64,000 nucleotides of DNA from Haplodiscus bocki (lineage: Eukaryota): NCBI GenBank assembly GCA_965655095.1, contig OZ296658.1, positions 53,320,001 through 53,384,000 of the forward strand, read 5' to 3'. Made by a program: the position numbers and the translations under genes. The first letter of the stretch is position 1, and the number at the start of each line of letters is the position of its first letter. Below, piece by piece: positions 12,701 through 23,000 of this stretch. The notes under the pieces are model-generated. The model saw nothing but the letters and a program-made list of their open reading frames with translations. It did no database searches and was not told where the DNA came from.

Positions 12701-15700
12701 TGAGCCAAAAATAGCGAATTTTGTGATTTTTCCAGAGTATTGACACTTATCAGCCATAATAGTTTTCTAGAACTAGTGCAAATTAATGCAATACAGAAGC
12801 GCAAAACATTTTTTAGTATTTTTGAGATTTCTCAGTGATGTAAATGGCGGTTTCCATTCTTTAAGCTCCGCTAAACAGCTAATTCGTTGATTTCTCCAGA
12901 ATCAGATTTTGTCGTCTAATACAGCTTTTCAGCTACACGTTTTTCGACAACTGATGCGGACGAAGTTATCAGCTTCGTTGCTACAACTGCTCAAAGTAGT
13001 ATGAAAACGCGTGGGATACCCCTTGGAATATGTTTTTCAATCTTGAGTTTCGATATTCGAACCCCACCGGAAGCCTATTTTTGTATTGGCCCTGAATCCT
13101 TTCTTGTTAACTCCAAATTGTCACCATCAAAGCCTAATCGGATAGCTGGAAACTAAAAATTTTCAATTAAGGCATGATAAGTTGGAATAATGGTGTTGTA
13201 TTCTACACACGTAGCACCGCCATTTCTAAGAATAACGGAAGCAGAAATAATGTAGCTTGGAATTGAACGCTAGCTACAAATTTTTTAGCGATTGATTTCT
13301 CCCAACATTGAATTTCTTGAAAAACGTCAGCTAAAGGTTTCTTGGAGTTAGTTTACAACGGCTTTGTGTGAAATCGTAACGACCAATAATACAAAAGATT
13401 TTCCGGAATTTAGATCAAAAGTTGCAGAGAAAACTCAAACTTACGTGAACTTATCATTCAGTTTTTGTCAATCATCGGGTAATCTGAAAGAAGCCGGGAA
13501 CGGCCTAATTCGGCGCCGCCCGTGTGGCTCAAATTATTCATAGGACGGAGTTGATTTTCATTTTTGAAAAAAATTTATTTTGATTTATTTTTTGTATAAA
13601 ACATAAAAAACAGCTTATGCTGGTATTCGAACCCACTACCTGCCGATTCTTGATTTTATAGGGCCCGAGGTTTCGGAAATATGTAATTTTTGGTATAGTT
13701 TCCAGTCTAAAGTATATAAATTATAGCCTATACTGGGGTTGGAACCCGCGAATTGTGGTTTTGAAACCCGATTGTCCTGTCCACTGTACCATATAAAATT
13801 ATTTCACTTGCGCAAGGAAGTGCTATTGCAGTCTTAAGTTTTTCCTCATATGTTCACAATTGACACAAGTTCCTAGATTTTGACCATCGAGGTGGGAGTG
13901 GCCGGGGCTGGAACCTGCGACCTTTCGCGCAGGAGGCGTTTTGTCTACCAATTCAGCTATTTGAGCTCGAGAATTGCCAATTGCATGTTAAATATAAAGC
14001 GAATTAATTAGTGGTCTGCTGGCTCAAGTGTTGCGAAGCACAACTTCACTTCTGTGCTGAAAAATACAGCCTATTCCGGGGTTCGAACCCGCGACCTGTC
14101 GCTTCGGACCCCTTTTGTCCTATCCACTGGGCCATATAAAATGTAACGAGTACAATCCATCGAAGTGAAAAGGCCTGATTGGCCAAATTACGGGAAAATG
14201 CCCCTTTCCAACTTTTCTAATAATAGTCATTAAGATTTCAAACAAAAGCCTTTGTAAACTAAGTGAAATAATAAGGTTATTATATAACTTAAGCCTTAAG
14301 TGCTACTACTAAATTCTAAGAAACTTTTGTAACTGACGTTTCAAGAAACTCACTGTTTGACAAAAAATCATCTCTGAAAAGTCTGTAACCTTCGCTCAAT
14401 TCCAAGCTACACAATCTCCGCTTTGGTTACTCTCTGACGTGACTCTACTATGGAAAGATGCGAGACAAAAATATCAATGTTGTTTCAAAAAATCCGAGAA
14501 AAACGTTTTTCTGAGAATTGATTATTTTTCAAGAACGACTTGCAATGTTCCCCAAAATCTGGGGCGTCTCTTGGATCCAACAGTGGTGGAATTTGTGGGA
14601 GTGGGAGTAGTTCTAACCCTGGATCAGTGAACTCGAACAACACAACTCCACCCATAGCAACAACTTCCTCTGGTGCAATCGCCGCATCGAATTCAACCCC
14701 CACTTCCAGTAGTAAGCGAGGTCCCGGTCATCACCTGAAGGGACCCCAAGCCGACTATCTGAGGCAGTATTACGTCACTAATCAGAAGCCTAGCAAAGAG
14801 GAGCGTGAAGCAATCGCTGCTAACATTGGCCTCGAGGCTAAAACTGTGGCGGTTAGAAATTGTTTGTTTCTATTAGGTGTCAATCAAATGGTTTCAAGAA
14901 ACCCATATGAAACAGATCAAAGTTTTCTGGATTGAATTTTAATACCAGTTTTTTAATAGTTGTCAATCAATTTTTGGAACTGAAAAGCTACAAATTACTC
15001 AAAACAGTTTGAAGAAGTGAAAAAAGTGAATCTTCGAAGAAAATGCCGAATTAATTCTACTTTTGTCATTCAAAAACTGTGCGGTTGTTGAGTGTTCAAG
15101 TAAACTTTTTGGAAGCTTCGATCATGAGAGCATCTTTTGCAGGTCTGGTTCCAAAACCGACGTTCAAAGGAGAAGATCAAACGCGATAAAGCCGCAGCAG
15201 CTGCAGCCAATGCCCAGTCTTCAGCAGACAGCGGAGTTGTGACTACTTCTGCTCAGAGCCCAGCCGTCATTCAGAGTCCTGTTTCTGTAGATTCGTCATG
15301 CAGCAACAGCAATTTCCCTCCTAGCAACATTAATAATCTATCCGCTTCCTCTGGTAGCTCTTATTCTGTAGATGTAACTGCCAATAGTCCTGCTGGAAAC
15401 CTATCTGGACCCGTTGCGACTAATGTACCCTCGCCTGTAGTTCCAGGAGATCCAACTAGCACACCGACACGTTTACCCGAACCGTCGATAGGAGTACCCG
15501 TCGACTACCTCAGCTCAATGCCACAAAACTCGCCGATGGCACTAAACAACCACGCGCCTTTATCAGATATGGATACATCGGTGTCGGTGTCAGTTCCCTC
15601 CAATGGAAATTTGATGAGTACCACAGATGATAACCGCCTGTATCCCATGGATGTCCAAAGCATGAATGGCAGCTGTCATGTTTCATCATCTGTGAGCCAT

Positions 15701-16579
15701 GCACCGTTGGCTCAAAACATGATGAGAAACCCGCAGACTCTGTCACAAGTACCAGCAGAAGTCAATGCGACTACTCCGCAGTTCCGCGAACCAAATAGTG
15801 GTCCTCCGTCAGTTGGTATTCCCCGTCCAACTTCTGTTCCACCCTCAACGACACCAATGGCGTCATCGTCAGATGCAGCTAACTACCTGCCTTTGCATAA
15901 TCACACCAATGCAGCTGCCGCACCTGTCGCCTATCCACAACCACAGCAGCCATCTTCTGTACTAACTGTATCCAGTAACTTCGCCCTTACACCCGACTTT
16001 AGCCACCCACCGCCACCTACAGCCTCACCAGTGGTCCAAACGTCTAATACCATAACCAGCACTGTGCAGCCTGTTTATGAAATTGTGCAACCAAACAAAC
16101 AACCTGTTATTATCACCACTAAGCAACAACAGCCAGAACAACCTTCCCATATGTATCAGCAAATGCCTCCGCAGCAATCACAACCAGACAGCAACGCTAC
16201 AATGCAATATTACGGAGGCTCACATCAAATAACAGTGCCTACTAACTCCTCTGAAATGGTGATTGACAGTCCCAATGTCAATAACAATGCTGTCAATCAA
16301 AATGAATTTTCCAATTTTGGTTCCAAGAACTGGAACATAACGTCACAACAAGCTGTCCATGCCGTAGCAACACAACAAGCAACGTCGCTACAATTTAATT
16401 CATCAACTCCGCCTGTAAACGAGAATAATGTTGATCTAAATCAAAGGAACTGTCATACCAACGCCCCGCCTTTTAGCAACCCCCCTCAACAAACATCCCA
16501 AACTCTGCCTCCGCAGTTCAGCCCAATGTGTACCACTAATGGAGCACCCCCCACAATAACCCCCGGAAGTGCTAATTAG
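3459..16579 (+). CDS. LHX1/5-like: LIM-homeobox transcription factor, Lhx1/5 (lin-11/Lim1)-like, divergent; spliced model 3459-3712, 3854-4290, 8859-9414, 9729-10206, 14534-14851, 15143-16579 (3480 nt, ~1159 aa)
   Basis: Two LIM domains (CANC..VLDRSWHNACFKCCAC..CFTRDG..CQNDF; CSGC..ISPEELV..FHVSCLTCSVC..TGD..CDSDY) and a homeodomain KRGP...VWFQNRRSKE. KRGP and RRSKE match Lhx1/5. GT-AG boundaries give one continuous frame. An upstream exon is possible (acceptor at 3436), and the 9729 acceptor is the weakest call. Confidence 0.85.
3854..4290 (+). CDS. Lhx exon encoding LIM domain 2 and Pro-rich linker
   Basis: ttttattttag|C acceptor; CSGCNRNISPEELVQRIHDYIFHVSCLTCSVCGSHLQTGD...CDSDY; donor A|gttagt. 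Confidence 0.9.
6080..7150 (+). mobile_element. Highly decayed Mutator-like (MULE) transposase relic in Lhx intron 2
   Basis: Joining frames gives FYDSG..RIIVFATKNVDLM...WQWDGVLKNCPQL (resembles the MULE WxxDGTFKxCP motif). Further on, YIPAIQALLLNK and FKVAVTNA resemble P..ALLPNK and DFExAxxNA. Many stops and frameshifts; boundaries approximate. Confidence 0.5.
8859..9414 (+). CDS. Lhx exon, Gln/Pro/His-rich low-complexity region
   Basis: ttttatcag acceptor, open frame 8873-9418, donor AA|gtgagt; phase matches the preceding exon. Confidence 0.75.
9729..10206 (+). CDS. Lhx exon, Ser/Gln/Gly-rich linker
   Basis: Open frame 9682-10212. Phase-2 acceptor gatag|T was chosen because tatag|C at 9700 would give an immediate stop. 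Donor GAG|gtataa. Confidence 0.6.
10279..10930. mobile_element. Tc1/mariner-type MITE (~650 bp)
   Basis: Left end ta|CAGTCGTGTTAAAAATAAACGCATCAA; right end TTGATGCGTTTATTTTTAACACGAC (10904-10928) is a perfect 25-bp inverted copy, with the last 2 bp and right TA eroded; AT-rich non-coding interior. Confidence 0.75.
13612..14137 (-). repeat. Cluster of four tRNA-derived (pseudo-tRNA / SINE-head-like) units
   Basis: Minus-strand A/B boxes: 14068-14137 TGGCCCAGTGG..GGTTCGAACCC; 13891-13966 TAGCTGAATTGG..GGTTCCAGCCC; 13725-13794 TGGTACAGTGG..GGTTCCAACCC; 13612-13650 B box only, GGTTCGAATAC. Acceptor and anticodon stems do not pair. Confidence 0.65.
14534..14851 (+). CDS. Lhx exon encoding homeodomain residues 1-46
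   Basis: tttttcaag acceptor; KRGPGHHLKGPQADYLRQYYVTNQKPSKEEREAIAANIGLEAKTVA; donor GCG|gttaga. Confidence 0.85.
15143..16579 (+). CDS. Lhx terminal exon: homeodomain helix 3 (VWFQNRRSKEK) and ~465 aa S/P/Q/N-rich tail
   Basis: cttttgcag|GTCTGGTTCCAAAAC; intron between homeodomain residues 46 and 47, a common position; stop TAG ends 16579. Confidence 0.9.
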   Translation, partial: VWFQNRRSKEKIKRDKAAAAAANAQSSADSGVVTTSAQSPAVIQSPVSVDSSCSNSNFPPSNINNLSASSGSSYSVDVTANSPAGNLSGPVATNVPSPVVPGDPTSTPTRLPEPSIGVPVDYLSSMPQNSPMALNNHAPLSDMDTSVSVSVPSNGNLMSTTDDNRLYPMDVQSMNGSCHVSSSVSHAPLAQNMMRNPQTLSQVPAEVNATTPQFREPNSGPPSVGIPRPTSVPPSTTPMASSSDAANYLPLHNHTNAAAAPVAYPQPQQPSSVLTVSSNFALTPDFSHPPPPTASPVVQTSNTITSTVQPVYEIVQPNKQPVIITTKQQQPEQPSHMYQQMPPQQSQPDSNATMQYYGGSHQITVPTNSSEMVIDSPNVNNNAVNQNEFSNFGSKNWNITSQQAVHAVATQQATSLQFNSSTPPVNENNVDLNQRNCHTNAPPFSNPPQQTSQTLPPQFSPMCTTNGAPPTITPGSAN

Positions 16580-17467
16580 AGAAATTAACTTGCACAGGAC
16601 GAATCACGGCGCAGTTTATCAAATAGCATCAGTACACAATGCTTCATGTTTAAAAAGGATAAGGACACTGTTTGTCTAGTCTTAGTAGAAATATTTGTGG
16701 AATCGTTTTTTCCACGTTATAAAAACAATTCTTAGCTTATATTTTGAGATACTGGAGTTCTATTTCTGGCGATAGCTTCAAACTATTATTAACGAGGTAA
16801 ACTTTTCATTAGAAGCTTCTGTCTCCTAATACCAATCTTTCGTCTTGATGAGACCCAAGTTTAATTACTATTTGAATGGAAGCTTTTCCGCTTACCTCGG
16901 AATAATTTCAGTTGATTTTGCGAAGTGAAGCATCTTACTCTTTTCCTCCTGTCCTTCACTTCCTGTATTCTTCTTTCTCTCAACTCTCTTTTTTTTTTCG
17001 TTTTCAAATGCTTTTTTCTATTTTGTATAATTTTGTGTCCAATTGTGAAATATTTGATTTTTCTCTGTTGTATAAGTAGCATGTATGTTGAATTCCTTTG
17101 CGTGTTGTTTAGTCACACTGTGTTCGCATTTCTGGCGGTTTCTCTTTCCATTTTACAGTGTTTGCATCCTAACGATAGTAGGAAAGTGAACCCGTAATTT
17201 GTAAGTGGAGGTTATTAGTGGAGCAAAGTTTATGTATATAGGCAGACACAATAGCACTCCCGGTCTCAATTTCATTTAGTTATAAAGCGTACTTCTCAGT
17301 TTTCTCAAGAGAGAAATTAATAGCTGGCCTCTAATTTTTTATGCTTGTGAAGATTTTTTGTAATGGTTTTCAGGTTTAACAACTGTGGTCGGCAAAGAAA
17401 TTTGAAGGGTCTATGCGAATCCAAACATGCTCATGACACGATGATGATACTGATGAAATGTTACTGC

Positions 17468-17473
17468 ATTAAA
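17468..17473 (+). terminator. Candidate polyadenylation signal (ATTAAA) of the Lhx gene
   Basis: ATTAAA ~890 nt after the stop, followed by T/GT-rich sequence; positional inference only. Confidence 0.3.
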
Positions 17474-20075
17474 TTTGTCTATTTGACTTCTCTAGCTTTA
17501 GAAGCTGCGTTTGCCTCGTTTTGTATTTTCATTCGTTAATGATGAGTGCAACTAGTATGGGTTCGGATCTAAAATCTACTGTGGGCTACTTTTTCTGCTT
17601 CTTCTGATCCGTAGTCATATTTGCATGTTGATTTATTTACACTCACTACAGTTTTACTTCACATTCAATTCAGTCTTTTAAATTATTTGTTTTTGCTAAT
17701 ATACAACCAAAGTGGCATTCGTCTGCTCGACATAGAGGTTTTTCATGAAGATTGAAAACGCAGTTTTTATCGACATTGGAATATAAGCGATATGGCAAAA
17801 TATTTGGGCTCTATAGTACTTCCATTTTGGTTGTTAATTTTGAAAATACTCGTTAGAAAACAGTCAGCAGATGAAGGTATCATCTGGAAAATTTAACAAG
17901 TCAGAAGGCATAAGATAAATGAGAAAAATCATAAGAAATTTTATCGAAAAGAGTTGGTTCCGAAAAAAATGGTATCATGAAAGTTTGTGGTTACTGCAAG
18001 TTTTTCGAGCGATGTGTTTCTGTCGTGTTTTTCCTATCCGTCCGTGAATTCTTCAAATGCTGGGAGAAGACAGTGAAGCCATACTGGCTTATACGAGTTC
18101 CGTAGAATTTCGTCGGTTTCAGAGGCAATAAAAAACAGAAGCCACTGTAATAGTCGGCCCCTTTTCTTCTGAAAAGCGCAAACAGAAATAGTAAAAGTAA
18201 AAGTTTTGCGTCGTTTCAATTGGTCTCCCTCCGAAAAATATTTCCGAAAAGATAAAGCATGGAATGTTTTCGAAAGTTCAACTCAATTTTGACTTGAAAT
18301 CCTAGATAGACGTCGAAAGCGCTGTGATATTCGAAAGGCGACAACTCGCGACAAAACGTAAGAGGCGGTAACTTACCACTATTATTTTCGCCCCATGAAT
18401 AGCTTGATCAATTTGAAGCTTTTTTGAGTTTCAACAAAAATTTGATTTAGTTAGTGGCTTCAACTTTTCACATTCATGGTAGTCACGTCGTAGGTGTTTC
18501 CTTTCTAACTTCCTGACGAGGAATTACACTGAAGAAGTTACAGTACAAAAAGTTTGTGGCGAGTTGTACTGCCCTGATAATTAATGTTAAATTATATATA
18601 TTTGTTTGTGATAGCTCTATAATTCGGCTTTCGGTTCATTTGCTTCGTTACTCGAGCTTTCGTTCGCCACCATCTGTCCAATTGCTATCATCCAGTGGTA
18701 ATAATACGACTCGCTTTTGGGGATTCAGTTGATTATCAGGCACGTCCTGTTTCAAACTTTTCCGCGAAATATCTTGACTTCAAAATGGAAGTCCCTTGCC
18801 TAACTTTTCTTTTTGTTTGTATATTAAGCGCACAACGAAGATGAAATGCTACTGTCTCTCGCACTATTTTCATGTACGAGTGGGTGCTACAGTTCTATGC
18901 CATCTAAATTATGGTACGTTGAAACTCATATTTTGGACTTTGGATTTTAGCTGATGAGTTGTTCTTATTCGGTTGGTGGGTACTTTTGTTATCAAATTGA
19001 TTTTTATTGACGTTTTCGTTATTTTCTGCTCGGATTGATCAGCTGTTTTGAAATTTTTCCAAATGTGTTATTCAATTAGCCTTTTTTCTCATTTTCAAAG
19101 TATTTTTTCGGGAATGTACCCATATTCCTGTTCATAAACCTGTTCGAACTCATTACATTTTTTGAGGGAAAAGGTTGAAAATGCCAGAAAATTTTGGCAA
19201 TTAAGCATCTGCAAAACCGATCATTCGTTTTTTCATCGAGTGCCGAATCAAAGTGGTAAAGGGTCAAAATGAATTCTAGGGAGTGGCTGTCGATTATTAG
19301 AACGAAAAGTTTGGAGAAATGATATTTTATGACTTTATCGGAGTCCTTCGACTCGTTTTCCCTTTTCGCGTGAGTGTATTGGGAGCGTTGCTTCGTCTTT
19401 GTCTATCAATAATTGCGTCAGTTTTTCAAACGGCGTAATTCATTTGAACTGTTTTCATCCTTTCTATTGATGCGCCCTCCTTTTTGCATAACAACAGGCA
19501 GTATTGACTTCATTCCGAGTGAATTTCTCTCTCCGCATTTGTACAATGAATTACGCCACCTTGCGGATAAGAGGCGCCTCAGTTTTGAAGCAAATTTCAA
19601 ACAACTTGAAGTGATTGCCATGCGAAACAATGGAAAGTTAAATGCATCAACTGTGAAACAAAATGAGCGATGTAGATGTGGAAGGAAACTAGCGCGAAAT
19701 TTGCTCATGTTAAACCATCTTCAAGTATACCAAAACTTGATCGAAATGGCACCAAAATGATCGTAATAACAAAAACTTTGCTGTGAGCGGCGCTAATTTT
19801 CAACACATCAACATTCTTCCTTGTTTTTTCGATAACATAGAAAAGGTATTAGTTTCTGGGGTTACGAATTTCGCTGTTTCCAAAGTTACAACGACGGCAC
19901 TTCCCGTACGAATATTGAATTTATTTACTTATTAAGAATTTCAGATTGTTCATGGACAAAAGTGCGGCGTGAATGGTTGCCAGATATCCAGGTGTATTTT
20001 TTGTTCTTATGACCTCGAAAATCAGACGAGCTGTTGCCTTTAAACAAATATAGCTGTGGAGAACTTCTCCATAGA

Positions 20076-20083
20076 ATGTTCAG
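20076..20083 (+). CDS. ARL13B: ARL13B first coding segment (ATG TTC AG)
   Basis: ATGTTCAG|gttagt joined to ag|CTTGCTG gives MFSLL, like vertebrate MFSLM. Confidence 0.7.
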
Positions 20084-23000
20084 GTTAGTATAGATTTTGT
20101 GAAATGACAGATACCCTTGACATTTATCGCACATTTATTAACCTTTCACCTATAAATTAATGCTTCAACTGTTTTTTAATTAACTCATAAAAACTCTTAT
20201 TTGTGTGTGTCAAGCAGCTGACATGAAACTAAATGTACCGAATCTAGCTAGATTTCCATTTTGTTAGCATTCCTTGGTTGGTGAAAGTTACTCAAGTTCA
20301 AATCTGTTGTTTTGAAATGAAGCTGAAGACGTATACAATTTCTGATGCAGTCATTGGGCGGAAACTAAACGGTACAATACAAAGTCCCAGCTAGTAAGTC
20401 GAAAAGTAAAGTTTCTCTGCTATTCAGGCTTGGAAATTTTGAAAAGGTATCCCCACATAAACAAGCCGGGAACGGCTCAAGTTAGCGCTGTATATGTGTT
20501 TATGTATGTTATGAGCCAGCGGAAGCAGTTACCTGCAACCAGTCAAATCTGTCAATACAAGCGGTTCGAAAAGACGTAAAGTTGCCGCAATAGTCGGGCT
20601 TGTTTACACGCGCCGACTAAAAATAATCGCCTGTAGTGATTATCTGCAATTTGAGTATTCGCAATTTTGAAGTTTCGACTGTCCGATGAAACATTAATTG
20701 GATTTAACATCCGAAAATTAGTATTGATGATATCTATATAAAAAAAATCGTTCTTGCTGCCGTGGATTTCTGTCATGTTCGTTTCAAATATCAAGCTGAA
20801 TTTTCTCTCAACTGTCACCTGATTTTAAATTTGCGTATGATGATTTTTCACCCAATATATTCAATTGCAGCTTGCTGGGAAACTGCTATTCATTGCGCAA
20901 GAATAAAGAAACACGAAATGTGACTCTTGTCATTCTGGGATTTGACAATGCCGGCAAAACTACGACAGTTCGAGATCTCAAACAAGGTATTCACTCCTTA
21001 ATTTTTTAACCGCCCATCAGAAAAATAATGCCTCAGTGTGTTGACATCAAAGCAACATTCTATATGAATTTTGTGAATAAACTTTGTTTAGAATATTCGT
21101 TTTTACATGTTCTGACTGAATGGAACAAAGTGTATTGGTGGAAACCGGCTTATGCATAGTTTTTTTTATCCTGTCCAAAACTTGCATTTTGTGACGTCAT
21201 CAGAGAGTCCAGTCATCTAGCATAAACGGTCAAAAAGGGTCCTTTTTGAAACATCTTAGTGGGTACATGCTTATTTTTGCTTTCTCAAAAGTTCAAAACT
21301 TTTGAACATTGGTCTGAAAAATGAATAACAGCCTTCTAAAAGTAAACGTCTCACATAACAATGTTTCGTTTTTGAGACCGTGGGGCAGTGTATCAGGTGT
21401 CCCCGAAAAAAGTTGTATTTAAAAATTACGAGTTTCCAAAATGGTTTTTATTTGTAAACAAGACATCGGAGATGAAAAAACTTTTGAAGTTGTTTTTACG
21501 CCTTGTTGACTAATATTGGCCATTTATGGAGCTAGAGTTTTCACATGTAATACTTTTTTAGGGCACCTTGAATTGTTTATTTTTTTTGGCGTTGTTTATT
21601 ATGAAAGTGCTTGAAACACTGGAGGCATAACGGCGAACCTAAAGTGACATGATTGATAGATCAACTTTTCGAATAGAAGACACTGTGACAGGTACTTGTC
21701 TCAGTTCGACTTTTTGGAACTTCTTTTTGATAGAAATCTGGTGTATTGTTTCTAAAAGTGTCAATCATGTATCCGATCAAAGTTAAAATGTCTCTGAGGC
21801 CCTTTAATCTGTCAACTTCATCTTTGGTTTTAACTGACAAGTCAAAATGTGCGAAGTTCCTTTTCGCCTCTGTGCCTAGTTTCGGAAGAGCTATGTGTTG
21901 TTGAAACTCAAAAAGATTCAGTGTGTATTAACTGACTAACCTAAAGAAAACAAGGGTGAACAATTTGTTAAAATGAAAAACAAAGTAGACAACTGAAGTT
22001 AAAATGAGTCATGCTTAACATGGCAAGCATAATGATTTGGAATCATGTTCAGTAATTTTGATTCTAAGCCGTAGTTAATTGTGTGTTCAACAAAAAATGC
22101 TCCAAGAAACTTTTCAAGGGAAATTGTGGTGATCCAGTTTTTAAAATTTTCATGATGATGTTGGGTTCTGGGACGGTGTAGTGTTGAACATAGTTAACAG
22201 TAACATGTAATGATCAAAACTCCGGATAACTTTTGCATCCAAAAATACCTAAGCCGTATTTTCGCTAGCAAATGATCTTCAACTGCTGTTATCACGACGT
22301 CATCAAGATGAAAAATGTGCTCTTAGCATATAAGATTGATGAAGATTTTCTTTCTAGTGGAAAACAAAATTACTCAATGATACCTTATAATATACCTGAT
22401 GAATGCAACTATAATATACGGGTTGCAAAAACAATGAAGAGACGCTTGAAAGAGGATCCATGCTTTTGTTTCAGAATCGAAGAGTGATATCACGCCCAGC
22501 TTAGGTTTTTCAAATGTGTCTCTCAAGATTGGCAGAATTAACATCACCTTGTTTGATGTGGGGGGAGGAGCCAACATCCGAGACATCTGGTCCAGCTACT
22601 ACGCAGATGTGCATGGGTTTGTGTATGTAGTCGATTCCACAGATTTATCTCGATTGGAAGATGTCAGTGCCAATCTCAAAAGTGTTCTAGCGGAACCGAT
22701 GCTCATGGGAAAACCATGTCTAATGTAAGTTTCTTACTGTAAAAGTAACTCATGCTGCTAAATATTCATTCTCCATCACCCCAAGTGTTTTTGGTGCAGA
22801 TTTTGCATCCCGGAGTAACCACCAGTTCTCAATTTCATACATAAGAGCAACCGTTGAAGTTTGCTCAGAATGGGGGAAAATACCGTTGTGTGAAAAAAAA
22901 GTCGCCCTCTTGAGCGTTTTGACAGCCCATTTTCTCCAAAGACACCGAATATTTCGAAAAACGTCAGTTAGAAAAGTTTCCTTGAACGTTGTATAGTTTG

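Noticed and set aside
13612-14137. Functional tRNA genes
   Set aside because: A/B boxes are present but acceptor and anticodon stems do not pair; treated as tRNA-derived repeats
16861-17197. Hydrophobic and Lys-rich ORFs 16925-17197 (+) and 16861-17082 (-)
   Set aside because: By-products of T-rich 3' UTR sequence
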